From an uncultured Gemmatimonadaceae bacterium (GTDB lineage: Bacteria; Gemmatimonadota; Gemmatimonadetes; Gemmatimonadales; Gemmatimonadaceae), in contig CAWAGQ010000013.1 in the NCBI GenBank assembly GCA_963781585.1, positions 256,001 to 320,000 on the forward strand: a DNA stretch of 64,000 nt, written 5' to 3'. This document shows positions 1 to 10,870 of the stretch, piece by piece; position 1 is the stretch's first letter, and the number at the start of each line of letters is the position of its first letter. The notes beneath the pieces were generated by a model that was not told where the DNA came from, did no database searches, and saw only the letters and a program-made list of their open reading frames with translations. A program made the translations under genes and the position numbers.

Positions 1-478
1 CGGATGGACAGGTGGGGTCCGCGTTGTTGCCGGGGCAGGTGCCGTTGCCGCCGATCCAGACGTTGTCCTTGTCGTCGAGTGTGATGCCGTGGTTCGACTG
101 CGGCCAGAAGTATCCCTGACCCGGCCCGCCCCACGCGTTGACGAGATTCCCCTCCGGGTCGAACTCCAGCACAGGAGGTGCGGCGGTACAACACGCGCTC
201 GTCGGCGGCGACTCGCCGCTCCCACCCTCCGTGGAATCCACCACGGTGTCCTGGCGATGCACGATGAACACGTGGTCGTGAGAATCCACGCCCACGCCGA
301 TGGCGTTGCCCAGCACCCAATGGTTAGGCAGCGGCTTGGGCCAGAGGGGGTCGACCTCGAAGCGCGGCGCCTGCACCATGCCCCCCTGCGAGGCCGAAAG
401 AGCGCGCTGTCCAGCACCCAGCGCCACAATCGCCGCCACCAGCCCAGTGGCCAGCACGAGTTCTCGCCTTCGAGTCAT
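1..478 (-). CDS. NHL-repeat (peptidylglycine lyase-like beta-propeller) secreted protein, 5' part (runs off window)
   Basis: Manual translation from ATG at 478: MTRRRELVLATGLVAAIVALGAGQRALSASQGGMVQAPRFEVDPLWPKPLPNHWVLGNAIGVGVDSHDHVFIVHRQD; paralogous to the adjacent NHL ORF. Confidence 0.8.
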   Translation of the reverse strand, partial: MTRRRELVLATGLVAAIVALGAGQRALSASQGGMVQAPRFEVDPLWPKPLPNHWVLGNAIGVGVDSHDHVFIVHRQDTVVDSTEGGSGESPPTSACCTAAPPVLEFDPEGNLVNAWGGPGQGYFWPQSNHGITLDDKDNVWIGGNGTCPGNNADPTCPS

Positions 479-628
479 GTCAGTAGCCGGTTGTCAGTAA
501 TCAGCGGTCACCTGTAAGCCGTCGGCGATCAGCGCCACCGCCCGGTCCATTTCACCTGCCCGATCCTCCTCGATCCCCTTTTCCACCAGCTCTCAGCAGT
601 CGGCAATCAAATCCAGGCGCGCTGCGCG

Positions 629-1918
629 TTACGGTCGTACGACTCCCTGATCTTTCGCCACCGCTCCCATCCCCTTGTACGAGAACTTCTGCACCCGCTT
701 TCCCTCGAACGCTTCCACCGTGTACAGGTTGCCGTGCGAGTCGGTGGCGATGTTGTGTACCGCGAGGAACTCGCCCGGGTAGCGCCCGCCGTCGCCGAAG
801 CTCGTGAGCAGGTCCAGCGTCTGCCGGTCCAGAACGTGGATCTTCATGTTCTGCCCATCGGCGACGTACAGGTAGCGCTGCTGCGGATCGCGCGAGAACG
901 CGATATCCCATACCGATCCCGCACGCAGGGTCTGCGGCGCCACGGTCTGCTCCTTCACGAACGACCCGTCCTTGCGGAAGACCTGGATCCGGTCGTTCTC
1001 CGCGTCGCAGACGTAGACCAGCCCGTCGTTCGAGAGTGCCGCGCATCGCACCCCCGCGAACTGCTTCGCCGGCGCGGCGCCCGGGGCGTATGGCGCAAGC
1101 CGGGCATCGTCGGGCGGACTGCCGTAGGCTCCCCAGAATCGCTTGATCGTTCCGGCATTCATGTCGACGACGGCGACGCGCCGATTGCGCGCGCCATCAG
1201 CCACGAACGCTTCGTTCGCCCCGGCATCGAACGACGAAACTTCCATTGGGCCGCCGAAGCTCTCACGACTCCTGCTGTCGGGCGGGATCACCGGCGCCGG
1301 ACCGCGCCCTCCACGGCCGCCCCGACCTCCGCGGCCCCCGCCGCGCCCGCCCCGGCTCACCCCGGCGTACGCCGTGTCGGCCGGGGCGGGCGCGGCGGGG
1401 GCGGGCATCGCGCCCGCCTTCCCGATCTCGCGCACGAACTTGCCGTCATGGGTGAAGACGAGGATGCGCGTATCGACTCCGCCGCTGCCGCCGATCCACA
1501 CATTCCCCTTGTCGTCAATGCCGAGCCCTGATGGCGCAACCGGCCAGTCGTACCCCTGATCGGGTCCGCCCCAGTGTCCCACCAGGTTCCCCTCGGCGTC
1601 GAACTCGAGCACGCCGGGTGCCGGCACGCAACACTCGCCCGACGGTGGATTCGTGGCAGCACCCATCTCGGTGCGCGCGTTGAAGCTCGTGGTGACGTTG
1701 AGCACGAAGACGTGGTCCCTCGAGTCCACCGCCACGCCGGTGGCCGAACCGAGGATCCAGTGGTTAGGCATCGGCTTGGGCCAGAGCAGATCCACTGCGA
1801 ACTTCGGCCCCTGGACCGTCTGTCCGCGCGCCGGCGCCGCCGGCGCGACGGCGAGGGCCAGCGCGAGTGCCAGGGCCGAAAGGGCGCCGGCGGCCGTGCC
1901 ATTCCTGCTCTGCGTCAT
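629..1918 (-). CDS. NHL-repeat secreted beta-propeller protein
   Basis: Signal peptide; WPKPMPNHWILG, VAVDSRDHVF, VYVCDAENDRIQVF, HNIATDSHGNLY NHL repeats; likely start MTQSRN after GGAG. Confidence 0.85.
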   Translation of the reverse strand: MTQSRNGTAAGALSALALALALAVAPAAPARGQTVQGPKFAVDLLWPKPMPNHWILGSATGVAVDSRDHVFVLNVTTSFNARTEMGAATNPPSGECCVPAPGVLEFDAEGNLVGHWGGPDQGYDWPVAPSGLGIDDKGNVWIGGSGGVDTRILVFTHDGKFVREIGKAGAMPAPAAPAPADTAYAGVSRGGRGGGRGGRGGRGGRGPAPVIPPDSRSRESFGGPMEVSSFDAGANEAFVADGARNRRVAVVDMNAGTIKRFWGAYGSPPDDARLAPYAPGAAPAKQFAGVRCAALSNDGLVYVCDAENDRIQVFRKDGSFVKEQTVAPQTLRAGSVWDIAFSRDPQQRYLYVADGQNMKIHVLDRQTLDLLTSFGDGGRYPGEFLAVHNIATDSHGNLYTVEAFEGKRVQKFSYKGMGAVAKDQGVVRP

Positions 1919-2009
1919 CGGTCTCTCCTGGTTCCGGTTGCCGGCCCCCTGTGCGCCGTGGCACCGGGCTGTATACTCGTTACGCGATCGCCGTACCGCG
2001 GCGACAATT

Positions 2010-2118
2010 GGGGTCAGACTCGATATTTGCAAAATGGGGGTCAGACTCGAATTCTCTGCAAAATGGGGTCAGACTCGAATTCCTTGGCGGCGTCGTTGAC
2101 AATCAGGGTCAGACTCGA
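2010..2118 (+). repeat. Four direct copies of GGGGTCAGACTCGA (REP-like intergenic repeat)
   Basis: Copies at 2010, 2037, 2065 and about 2105 (first G replaced); the same motif occurs as an inverted pair at 23787-23856. Confidence 0.8.
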
Positions 2119-2285
2119 TTTTCCGCGCCCCGTCCGGCAATGCGGGTCTGACGGACTCACATGAGGCCCGGACTGTTATTGCGCTTCCAGGCGCCCCGCG
2201 AGCACGCAGCGAGCTCGCCGTGGCAGCGTCCTAACTTTGCGTCGCGTCTGGCATCCGTCCAGAGTTCGCAGCGAAGCCGGAGCGC

Positions 2286-3683
2286 ATGGTGACGCGGCCA
2301 TTGCGCGAGGGACGCGGACTCCCGCAGCGGATCGCGCCTGGTGGCGTCGCCGCGCTCGCCGTGGGGCTCCTGCTCGCGACACCTGCACCCACCTCGGCGC
2401 ATGACATCCCGGCGCGTGTTGCCATACTCGCGTTCGTGAAGCCCGAAGGACAGACCCTGCACCTGCTGGTGCGCGTCCCACTCGAGTCGATCCGCGACGT
2501 CGAATTCCCGCTGCGCGGGCCCGGATACCTGGACATCGACCGGGCGGGGCCCATGCTGCGCGACGCCGCCCAGCTCTGGATCGCGGACTACATCCAGCTG
2601 TACGAGGGCGACTCCCTGCTCGCGAGCGCTCGCCTCATCGGCACCCGCGTCTCCCTGCCGTCGGACCGGTCGTTCAGCACCTACGACGCTGCGCACGCGC
2701 ACCTCATCGCGCCGCCGCTCCCGCCCGGGACCGACCTGATGTGGAACCAGGCGATGCTCGACGTGGAGTTCGAGTATGCGATCGCCTCCCCCCAGGCGCG
2801 GTTTTCCATCCGCCCCGCGCTCGCCCACCTGGGCGTGCGCACGAGCACGGTTCTGCGCTTCCTGCCCCCCGGACGTGGGGAGCGCGATTTCGAATACCTG
2901 GGCGATCCGGGACTGGTCCGGCTCGACCCGGAGTGGTACCAGGCGGCGCGCCGGTTCATCTCGCTCGGATTCTTCCACATTCTGGACGGGATCGACCACC
3001 TCCTGTTCATCTTCTGTCTCGTCATTCCCTTCCGGCGGATCCGTCCGCTCATCGCCGTGGTCACGTCGTTCACTGCCGCGCATTCCATCACCCTCTTTGC
3101 ATCGGCGCTCGGATTTGCGCCCACCGCGCTCTGGTTTCCTGCGCTCATCGAGGCCCTCATCGCACTCTCCATCGTCTACATGGCGCTGGAGAACATCGTC
3201 GGGCCCAGGCTCCAGCGCCGGTGGATCGTCGCCTTCGGATTCGGGCTGGTGCACGGATTCGGATTCTCCTTCATTCTCCGCGAGTCGATGCAGTTCGCCG
3301 GCTCGCACCTGGCGGCGTCGCTCGTGGCCTTCAACGTGGGCGTGGAGCTCGGCCAGGTCTTCGTGCTGGCACTGGCCATCCCCGTGCTGAACGCGCTCTT
3401 CCGCTTCGTGGTCGCCGAGCGGATGGGGACGATCCTGCTTTCGGCCCTGGTGGCCCACACCGCCTGGCACTGGATGCTCGGCCGGATCGCGATCCTGAAG
3501 CAGTACGAGTTCCAATGGCCGGCGTTCGATCTGGCACTCGTCGCGGACGTCGTGCGCGTACTGATGGCCGTACTGATCCTCAGCGGTGTGCTGCGGGTGC
3601 TGTACCTGCTCTACGGGCGGCTGCTGCGCCCGGCGCGGGAGACCGAACCCGGAGCCGCCGGACAATCGCCGGCCGCTTCGTGA
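2286..3683 (+). CDS. HupE/UreJ-family membrane protein with N-terminal periplasmic domain
   Basis: AHDIP mature N-terminus, GFFHILDGIDHLLF, FTAAHSITL, FGLVHGFGF motifs. Confidence 0.85.
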   Translation: MVTRPLREGRGLPQRIAPGGVAALAVGLLLATPAPTSAHDIPARVAILAFVKPEGQTLHLLVRVPLESIRDVEFPLRGPGYLDIDRAGPMLRDAAQLWIADYIQLYEGDSLLASARLIGTRVSLPSDRSFSTYDAAHAHLIAPPLPPGTDLMWNQAMLDVEFEYAIASPQARFSIRPALAHLGVRTSTVLRFLPPGRGERDFEYLGDPGLVRLDPEWYQAARRFISLGFFHILDGIDHLLFIFCLVIPFRRIRPLIAVVTSFTAAHSITLFASALGFAPTALWFPALIEALIALSIVYMALENIVGPRLQRRWIVAFGFGLVHGFGFSFILRESMQFAGSHLAASLVAFNVGVELGQVFVLALAIPVLNALFRFVVAERMGTILLSALVAHTAWHWMLGRIAILKQYEFQWPAFDLALVADVVRVLMAVLILSGVLRVLYLLYGRLLRPARETEPGAAGQSPAAS

Positions 3684-3743
3684 TTGCGTTACCGAGTGCT
3701 ACTCTATACGCCTACCACTCTAGTAGGAACGACAGGCTGAACG

Positions 3744-4259
3744 ATGCGCTATTCGGGCTGGACGACACTGATGGGAACGTGCATGTTGGCCACCGTCGCG
3801 TGCTCCGGGCCGCCGCGGACAAGTGCCTCGCCGAGCGCGGGCGCACCGGCGAGCGCGGGTGCACCGACGACCGCGGCTGCGCCGACGAGCGCGGGTGCGC
3901 CCATGAGCGCGGGTGCGCCGACGAGGACGCGCACGACTCTTGGGGGCGTCTATACGGCGGCGCAGGCGGCCCGCGGTCAGGACACATATGAGGTTTTGTG
4001 CCGGGGGTGCCACACACCGGCGTCGCATACCGGGGCCACGTTCACGACCTGGTGGAGCGGACAACTGGTCTCGGATTTGTTCTCGTACATTGGTCAGAGC
4101 ATGCCCGACAACGACCCGGGAAGCCTTGCGCCGGAGGAAAGTGCCGATCTGGTGGCGTATCTGCTCAGTCTGAATGCGATGCCGCCCGGGACGATCGAGT
4201 TGCCCCCGGACTCCGCCGCGCTGAGCACGATCCGCATCCAGGCGGTGGCGAAACCGTGA
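3744..4259 (+). CDS. Lipoprotein monoheme cytochrome c
   Basis: Lipobox TVAC; GVYTAAQAARG, CRGCH heme motif, MP axial Met; 18-bp tandem repeat (SAGAPx) linker at about 3830-3925. Confidence 0.85.
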   Translation: MRYSGWTTLMGTCMLATVACSGPPRTSASPSAGAPASAGAPTTAAAPTSAGAPMSAGAPTRTRTTLGGVYTAAQAARGQDTYEVLCRGCHTPASHTGATFTTWWSGQLVSDLFSYIGQSMPDNDPGSLAPEESADLVAYLLSLNAMPPGTIELPPDSAALSTIRIQAVAKP

Positions 4260-4345
4260 ACGCACAACGGCGGGCACCTGCATTCCGCCCATAACTCATT
4301 GTCGGCAGGCGTCGCGTGTCTACGCACAACAGAGGGAACGGAACA

Positions 4346-6652
4346 ATGTCGCAACGTCTCATCGCTCGGCGCACGATCGGCATGTCGCTCGTTGCCGGGG
4401 TAGCGTTCCTGGGCGTCTTCCTGGTTCGCGCGCAGCAGTCGAGTGCCGTGCAGGGATCGGGTGTGGTGCGCGGCAACAAGCCTGGCGAATGGCGCTACTG
4501 GGGTGCCGACGCATGGAGCACCAGGTACTCGGCTCTCGACCAGATCAACGCCTCGAACTTCAACTCCCTGAAGGTGGCCTGGCAGTGGACCCCGGGAGAG
4601 GGCGAGGACGAGTACTATCGCACTACCCCGCTCTACGCCAACGGCCGGCTGTTCACGGTGGCGACGAACCGGCGCATCGCGTTCGGCATCGATCCGGCGA
4701 CAGGCAAGACCCTCTGGAAGCGCGGCATCGACGAGGGCATTCGCTGGCAGAAGGCGCCGCGCCACTTCTCGGGCCGCGGCCTCGCGTACTGGACCGATGG
4801 CACCCAGGAGCGCGTGCTTGTCATCACGCCCGGATATCACCTGATGTCGATCGACGCAAGGACCGGCGAGTTCGATCCGAAGTTCGGCAAGAACGGCGTG
4901 GTCGATCTCGAGGAGGGGTTGGGATTCCAGCTCGTGCCGCTCGCCGTGGATGATACCGGAGAGTTGATCATCAGCGAGGGTGCGCCGCTGAGGAAAGCAA
5001 AGCCCGGGGAGAAGTGGGATCCCGTGACCAGGACCGGCGCCGATGGGTCGATCGGTCTTGATCCCGCACTGGGGCAGATCGCGTCGAGCTCACCGGGGAT
5101 CGTGGTGGGAGATGTCTTCGTCGTCGGCAACTCGGCGATGCACGGCTACTATCCCATTCGCCTCCACAACCTGCCGGGGTACATCCGCGGTTTCGACATC
5201 CGCACCGGCAAGCAGCTCTGGAAATTCAATCTCATCCCGCAACCGGGGGAATTTGGCGCCGACACGTGGGAGGCGGGATCGAAGATCGGTACGGATGGCG
5301 TGGGGAAGGTCGACGCGTGGGCGACGTATACCGCCGATCCGGAACTCGGTCTCGTGTACATCCCGACCGGGATGCCCCTGAGCGACGAGTACGGTGGTCA
5401 CCGCCCGGGCGCGAATCTGTTCGGCACCAGCGTCGTGGCGATCGACGTGAAGACCGGACTGCGCAAGTGGCACTTCCAGTTGGTGCACCACGACGTCTGG
5501 GACTACGACACGCCGATGGCGCCCAACCTGATGGACGTCACCATCAACGGGCAGGCCCGCAAGATCATCGCGGTGACCACCAAGCAGGGGTGGATCTACA
5601 CGTTCGACCGCGTCACCGGTCAGCCCATCTGGCCGATGCCCGAGACGGCGGTTCCGCAGAGTGAAGTCCCGGGTGAGAAGACCTGGGCCACCCAGCCGAT
5701 CCCGAGCCGCCCGGCGCCGTATTCACACCAGGGACTGCTCGAGTCAGACCTCATCGACTACACTCCGGCGATCAAGGATTCCGCGCTCAAGCTGGCCAGG
5801 CAATGCCGCATGGGACCGTACTACATTCCGCCGTCGCCGGCGAACGGGAAGGGTGAGAACGGGCCGAGCCAGTACCACTGTTCCTGGTACGCCCCCGGCG
5901 CGAGCGGTGGGGTGAACATCGATGGCGGCGCGGCCGCGGACCCGGAAACGGGGATGCTCTACGTGGGCGGTCAGAGCGGACTGGGAACGATCGAGGTGCA
6001 GCACGACCCGTGCTCGGAGCATCGGTACAGCCAGCCGCACGACAGCTGCGGCCAGATCGGCGCGCTGCCGGCCCCGCCGGGGTACACGCCGCCGGGTCCG
6101 GGTGGGGGAGAAGGCCGGGGCCGCGGCGGGTTCGGCCCCAGCGTGGCCACCTCGATCGCTGGCGTGTCGATCCTGAAGCCCGCCGAGCTGGGCGGCATCA
6201 CGGCCTACGACATGAACACCGGCGACAAGAAGTGGTGGGTGCCTAACGGGAATCAGTGGCGCGAGCAGTCGTCCAGCGATCCGCTTTTCGCCGGCGTGAC
6301 GCTGCCGCGGGTCCCGGTGTTCGGCGGTCAGGCCGAGGTGATCACGACCAAGACGCTGGTGATCCACGGTACGGGGCGGAACGGCCGGCCGGGTGGACGA
6401 GGGGCGCGGGGCGGCGCCGCGGGGGGCCGTGCCGACGGACCGGGAACGCAGCTCTACGCGTTCGACAAGGCGACGGGGAAGGAAGTGGGGGCAGTGGCGA
6501 TCCCGGCGGTGAACACGGCTGTGCCGATGACGTTCATGCACCAGGGCAGGCAGTACATCGTGTTCGCCACCGGTCAGGGTCAGAGCACGGGACTGACGGC
6601 GCTGGCGCTGCCAGGTGGAGGGCAGGGGGGAGGGTCGAAGACGCCGAGGTAG
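4346..6652 (+). CDS. PQQ-dependent dehydrogenase (glucose/quinate/shikimate-like)
   Basis: STRYSALDQINASN, GRGLAYW, GYIRGFDIRTGKQLWKF, WHFQLVHHDVWDYD, PMTFMHQGRQYIV motifs. Confidence 0.9.
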   Translation: MSQRLIARRTIGMSLVAGVAFLGVFLVRAQQSSAVQGSGVVRGNKPGEWRYWGADAWSTRYSALDQINASNFNSLKVAWQWTPGEGEDEYYRTTPLYANGRLFTVATNRRIAFGIDPATGKTLWKRGIDEGIRWQKAPRHFSGRGLAYWTDGTQERVLVITPGYHLMSIDARTGEFDPKFGKNGVVDLEEGLGFQLVPLAVDDTGELIISEGAPLRKAKPGEKWDPVTRTGADGSIGLDPALGQIASSSPGIVVGDVFVVGNSAMHGYYPIRLHNLPGYIRGFDIRTGKQLWKFNLIPQPGEFGADTWEAGSKIGTDGVGKVDAWATYTADPELGLVYIPTGMPLSDEYGGHRPGANLFGTSVVAIDVKTGLRKWHFQLVHHDVWDYDTPMAPNLMDVTINGQARKIIAVTTKQGWIYTFDRVTGQPIWPMPETAVPQSEVPGEKTWATQPIPSRPAPYSHQGLLESDLIDYTPAIKDSALKLARQCRMGPYYIPPSPANGKGENGPSQYHCSWYAPGASGGVNIDGGAAADPETGMLYVGGQSGLGTIEVQHDPCSEHRYSQPHDSCGQIGALPAPPGYTPPGPGGGEGRGRGGFGPSVATSIAGVSILKPAELGGITAYDMNTGDKKWWVPNGNQWREQSSSDPLFAGVTLPRVPVFGGQAEVITTKTLVIHGTGRNGRPGGRGARGGAAGGRADGPGTQLYAFDKATGKEVGAVAIPAVNTAVPMTFMHQGRQYIVFATGQGQSTGLTALALPGGGQGGGSKTPR

Positions 6653-6659
6653 GCAGCGG

Positions 6660-6698
6660 TCAGCTATCAGCGGTTCAGCGCTGGCCGCTGATAGCTGA
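6660..6698. terminator. 14-bp stem hairpin between convergent genes
   Basis: TCAGCTATCAGCGG...CCGCTGATAGCTGA perfect inverted repeat. Confidence 0.55.
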
Positions 6699-6701
6699 AG
6701 G

Positions 6702-7883
6702 TCATCCCTTCGATGCCGCCGCCTTCCCGGTGAAGATCTCCTTGAACGCCACCATGAAGCGGTCCATCTCGTCGGGGGTGCCGATCGAGACCCGGAGGTG
6801 TTCGTTCATCGGCGGGAAGGGCCGGCCCACCAGCACGCCCCGCTTGCGGAATTCCTCGGAGACCGGCGGAATCGGGCGCTTGATGTGCACCATGAAGAAA
6901 TTGGTCTCCGACGGAATCGTCGCATAGCCTAACGAATTCAGTCCGGCGGTGGTCTTCTTGCGCAGGTCGAGGGTGATCGCCTTCACCTTCGCCTGGTTCT
7001 CGGTGTCCTTGAGCGCAGCCACGCCGCCCCACTTGACCAGGGCATTGATCGTGCCGGTGCTGTAGGGGCGCATCTGCTGGATCAGATCCCTGGGGGCCAC
7101 GCAGTACCCGAGGCGCATCCCGGCCAGGGCCGCGATCTTGGAAAACGTGCGGGTGACGATCACCGGCCGCCCTTCCGTCACGTAGGGCACCGACGTCGCG
7201 TACTGTGGATCGTCCACGAAGTGGTGGTAGGCCTCGTCGATCAGCACCGGCATGTCTTCGGGGATGCCGTCGAGGAGCTGGCGGACTTCCTGCTTCGTGA
7301 CCACGCGCCCGGTGGGATTGTTCGGATTGCAGAGGTAGACGAAACCGACATCCCGATACCGCTTCTTCGTCGCGTTGATGAGCGCCGGGATGTCCTGGCG
7401 GTAGTCGTCGAGCAGCGGCAACTCGATCGCGGCCGCGCGGATGCTGGTCGCGTGCTGGTACACCTGCGTGTACGAGGGCTCCACCCCGACCACCTTCTTC
7501 CCGCCTTCCAGGAACGTGGTGCCGACCACGTCCAGGATCTCGCCCGAGCCCGCGCCCAGCATGATGTTCTCGGTCTTCACGCCGTGGTACTTGGCGATTT
7601 CGTCGGTGATGCCACCGTCCGGGTAGCCGTAGCGATTGGCGTACTTGAAGGCCTTGGTCATGGCCTCCATGACGGCGTCGGACGGGCCGTACGGATTCTC
7701 GTTGAACGAGAGCTTCGCCAGCTTGTCGTAGTCGTCAGGCGTGGTCCGTGCCCGCTGGCCTCCCTGGCGGGCCGCCGTGCCCTGCGCCCACAGGTCCACG
7801 CTCGGCTTCACGGTCAGGTAGCCGACCGCGGTCGCGATTCCTCCGACGAAGCTGCGGCGGGTTACTTCGTGCTTGGCGGACAT
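6702..7883 (-). CDS. HisC-like PLP aminotransferase (class I/II) with Tat signal
   Basis: TRRSFVGG twin-Arg signal; LSFNENPYGP, CNPNNPTG, DEAYHHF, RTFSKIAALAGMRLGY. Confidence 0.88.
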   Translation of the reverse strand: MSAKHEVTRRSFVGGIATAVGYLTVKPSVDLWAQGTAARQGGQRARTTPDDYDKLAKLSFNENPYGPSDAVMEAMTKAFKYANRYGYPDGGITDEIAKYHGVKTENIMLGAGSGEILDVVGTTFLEGGKKVVGVEPSYTQVYQHATSIRAAAIELPLLDDYRQDIPALINATKKRYRDVGFVYLCNPNNPTGRVVTKQEVRQLLDGIPEDMPVLIDEAYHHFVDDPQYATSVPYVTEGRPVIVTRTFSKIAALAGMRLGYCVAPRDLIQQMRPYSTGTINALVKWGGVAALKDTENQAKVKAITLDLRKKTTAGLNSLGYATIPSETNFFMVHIKRPIPPVSEEFRKRGVLVGRPFPPMNEHLRVSIGTPDEMDRFMVAFKEIFTGKAAASKG

Positions 7884-7966
7884 GGCACCCTCCGGTTGTC
7901 CTTCCCCGATGGACCTGCTGGCACCCCTCAACTAACGCTGCGGCGGCGAAGCCGTCCAGAGATTCG

Positions 7967-10216
7967 TTACGTCCATTTCAGATCCTGCTTCGACAGCGGC
8001 AGGGAGCGGATCCGCTTCCCGGTCGCCATGAAGATCGCGTTGCAGAGGGCCGGAATCACCGGCGGCAGCGCCGGCTCCCCGAGTCCGGTGACCGGATTCT
8101 CGGTCGTGCGGAAGTAGACCTCGATCGGCGGCGCCTGTCTGATGCGGAGCAGCGGGAACGTATTGAAGTTCGCCTGCACGGCGTGCCCATTCTCGATCGT
8201 GATTTCCTGGCCCAACGCTTCGGCAATGCCGTCGAGTACCGCCCCCTGCGCCTGGCTCTCGGCGTTGCTCGGGTTGATGATCTGGCTGCCGATGTCGCCG
8301 GCGACCCAGACCCGGTCCACCTTCACGGAACCCGCCTGGCTGACGGTTGCCTGGACCACTTCCGCGAAGTAGCCGCGGTGGCTGAAGTGGAATGCCACGC
8401 CCATCCCGGTTCCGCGCGGCAGGGTCTTTTTCCCCCATCCCGACTTCTCCACCACCAGTTCGAGCACTCCGCGCATCCGCTCGCCGTCGAACGACGGTCC
8501 CTGGAATCCGCGGCCGCCCCGGCCACCCGGATTCTGCGCCGGCGGCGGCGGCGCGGGTTTGTCGGTCGCCAGCATGGCGAGACGGAACTGCACCGGATCC
8601 TTGCCCGCCGCGTGCGCCAGCTCGTCGATGAACGACTGCATGACGAATGCGACTCCGTTGCTGGTCGGCGCGCGCAGCGCACCGGTGGGGACGCCGAGCG
8701 GCATGACCGACGCGTCGAGCGCATAGTTCACGATGAATGGCTGCGGAAACTCGGTGGCGCCAAGGCTCGCGCTCGACGCGAACCGATCCCCTTCGCCGAA
8801 CGAGACGAAGTGGTTGCGCCAGGCGACGAGGTTGCCGCTCGCGTCCAGCCCGCCCGTGAGATAGTGAAACCCGGCCGGCCGGTAGAAATCGTGCTGGATG
8901 TCGTCCTCACGCGACCAGAGGAGCTTCACCGGCACCCCGGCCTGTTTGGCGATCGCCGCCGCCTCCACCATGTAGTCGTTGTTGAGGCGGCGCCCGAAGC
9001 CGCCGCCGCTTCGCGTGAGGTGGACGGTGATGTCGCCCTCCTGCATGCCTAACGTCTGGGCCACCAGCCGGCGGCCGCCGGCCGGTTGCTGGGTGGGCGC
9101 CCAGATCTCGAGCGTGCCGTCACGGTACGAGGCCGTGCAGTTCTGCGGTTCGAGCGGAGCGTGGGAGATGAACGGGTAGAAATACGCCGCCTCCACCACC
9201 TTGGCCGCGCTCTTGAGGGCCGCGTCGGGATCGCCGTCACGGCGCAGCGAGCGCTGCGGTGGTTGCTTCGACAGCTCGGCGGCCCGCGCGGCGAACCCCG
9301 CGCTGCTCTGGCTCGCCGTTTCCCCTTCGTCCCAGGTGACCTTGAGCTTCGCTCGCGCGCTCTGTGCGGCCCACCAGGTCTCGCCGATTATCGCCACCCC
9401 ACCGAGCAGACCGCTCAGACCCCCCGACGAGCCGGGTTCCACGACGAATGCCTGACGCACTCCCGGGAGCGCCTTGATCTCGTCCAGGTTGGCGCTCACC
9501 ACCTTGCCGGCAAACACCGGGCACTTCTGGAACACCGCGTACTGCATGCCGGGGACCGTGACGTCGATCCCGTACAGCGGCTTGCCGGTCACGATCGAGT
9601 GATTGTCGACGCCGGGAACGCGGGTGCCGATGATGCGAAAGTCTTTCGGGTCCTTGAGCTGTACCGACTCCAGGTCCGGCGGCGTGAGCGTAGACGCCTT
9701 GGCGATCAGATCGCCGTAGGCCAGCTGTCGGTTGGTGCGGCGATGACGGACCACTCCGGCGGCGGTCTCGCACTCCGATTCCGGAACGCCCCACGTCTGT
9801 GCCGCGGCGGTGACCAGCATCACGCGGCCGGCGGCGCCGACGCGCCGCATCGGCATCCAGTTGGTCGGGGTCGCGGTGCTCCCGCCGGCCGACTGCGCGG
9901 TGAACTTCTCGGTGTCGAGCGAAGCTTGTTCGATCCGGACGTTCTTCCAGTCCACGTCCAGCTCGTCGGCGATCAGCATCGGCAGCGTCGTCTTCATCCC
10001 CTGCCCGATCTCGGGATTCTTGGCGATGATCGTCACCATCCCGTCGGGCGTGAGGCGGATATACGCGTTAGGCGCGAACTCCGGCGATCCGGACGCGGGG
10101 GCCCAGGCCTCGGCGGTGTCGGCCAGGGGCGAATAGCTGGAGAGCAGAATGCCGCCACCGGCAATCGCGGTCACCCGGAGGAAGTCTCGGCGGTTCACAC
10201 GGGCTGGGGTCGTCAT
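7967..10216 (-). CDS. Xanthine dehydrogenase-family molybdopterin subunit (IorB-like), Tat-exported
   Basis: NRRDFLR Tat signal; [34 protein letters not shown]. Confidence 0.9.
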   Translation of the reverse strand: MTTPARVNRRDFLRVTAIAGGGILLSSYSPLADTAEAWAPASGSPEFAPNAYIRLTPDGMVTIIAKNPEIGQGMKTTLPMLIADELDVDWKNVRIEQASLDTEKFTAQSAGGSTATPTNWMPMRRVGAAGRVMLVTAAAQTWGVPESECETAAGVVRHRRTNRQLAYGDLIAKASTLTPPDLESVQLKDPKDFRIIGTRVPGVDNHSIVTGKPLYGIDVTVPGMQYAVFQKCPVFAGKVVSANLDEIKALPGVRQAFVVEPGSSGGLSGLLGGVAIIGETWWAAQSARAKLKVTWDEGETASQSSAGFAARAAELSKQPPQRSLRRDGDPDAALKSAAKVVEAAYFYPFISHAPLEPQNCTASYRDGTLEIWAPTQQPAGGRRLVAQTLGMQEGDITVHLTRSGGGFGRRLNNDYMVEAAAIAKQAGVPVKLLWSREDDIQHDFYRPAGFHYLTGGLDASGNLVAWRNHFVSFGEGDRFASSASLGATEFPQPFIVNYALDASVMPLGVPTGALRAPTSNGVAFVMQSFIDELAHAAGKDPVQFRLAMLATDKPAPPPPAQNPGGRGGRGFQGPSFDGERMRGVLELVVEKSGWGKKTLPRGTGMGVAFHFSHRGYFAEVVQATVSQAGSVKVDRVWVAGDIGSQIINPSNAESQAQGAVLDGIAEALGQEITIENGHAVQANFNTFPLLRIRQAPPIEVYFRTTENPVTGLGEPALPPVIPALCNAIFMATGKRIRSLPLSKQDLKWT

Positions 10217-10758
10217 ACCGCCTCCTTCCGCGCCGCTCCCGGCGCCGGATTCGATCCGCGCATGTCGTCAGGCACACCGTTCCGCCGGGAGTTTCCATCG
10301 GTTGCCGCCATCTCGGCGGCGCGGTGGATGGCCTGACGGATGCGCAGATAGGTCGCGCACCGGCAGATGTTGCCATTCATCGCACCGTCGATGTCCTGAT
10401 CGGTGGGATTCGGTGTTCTGGCGAGGAGGGCCGAGGCCGCCATCAGCTGCCCGGCCTGGCAATAGCCGCACTGGGGGACGTCAACCTCTTCCCAGGCGCG
10501 CTGCAACGGGTGCGTGCCGTCGGCCGACAACCCTTCTATGGTAGTGATCTCGGCGCCGGCGACTGTCGAAATCGCGAGCCGGCACGAGTGCACCGCGGTG
10601 CTGCCCCGCAGGACGGTGCAGGCGCCGCACTGTCCGATTCCGCAGCCGAACTTCGTCCCCTTGAGATCGAGGACGTCGCGCAGCACCCAGAGCAGCGGGG
10701 TGTCGGCGGCGACGTCCACGGTGGTGGATTTCCCGTTGACCTTGAAGGTGATGGGCAT
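10213..10758 (-). CDS. (2Fe-2S) subunit (IorA/CoxS-like)
   Basis: [27 protein letters not shown]; stop overlaps start of the Mo subunit. Confidence 0.92.
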   Translation of the reverse strand: MPITFKVNGKSTTVDVAADTPLLWVLRDVLDLKGTKFGCGIGQCGACTVLRGSTAVHSCRLAISTVAGAEITTIEGLSADGTHPLQRAWEEVDVPQCGYCQAGQLMAASALLARTPNPTDQDIDGAMNGNICRCATYLRIRQAIHRAAEMAATDGNSRRNGVPDDMRGSNPAPGAARKEAV

Positions 10759-10870
10759 GGGCGAACCGCTCCGTATTGTCGGTGGTTCGAAGATATCACG
10801 TTCGGGGCCATGGCGCGACGCAGAAGAAGACCCCGATTGGGGAGCCGGCCCCGGCCAGAGGCCCGGCTGG

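Noticed and set aside
479..515. Heptamer-like GTCAG/CTGA runs (also near 15880-15960)
   Set aside because: Too short and degenerate to define a feature
2010..2118. Possible mini-CRISPR array
   Set aside because: Repeat is only 14 bp, spacers are 13-27 bp and similar to each other, and there are no cas genes
5490..5512. WDYD motif as a sign of a lanthanide-dependent PQQ enzyme
   Set aside because: HHDxWDYD is also standard in glucose/quinate-type quinoproteins, which this protein resembles more than XoxF/ExaF
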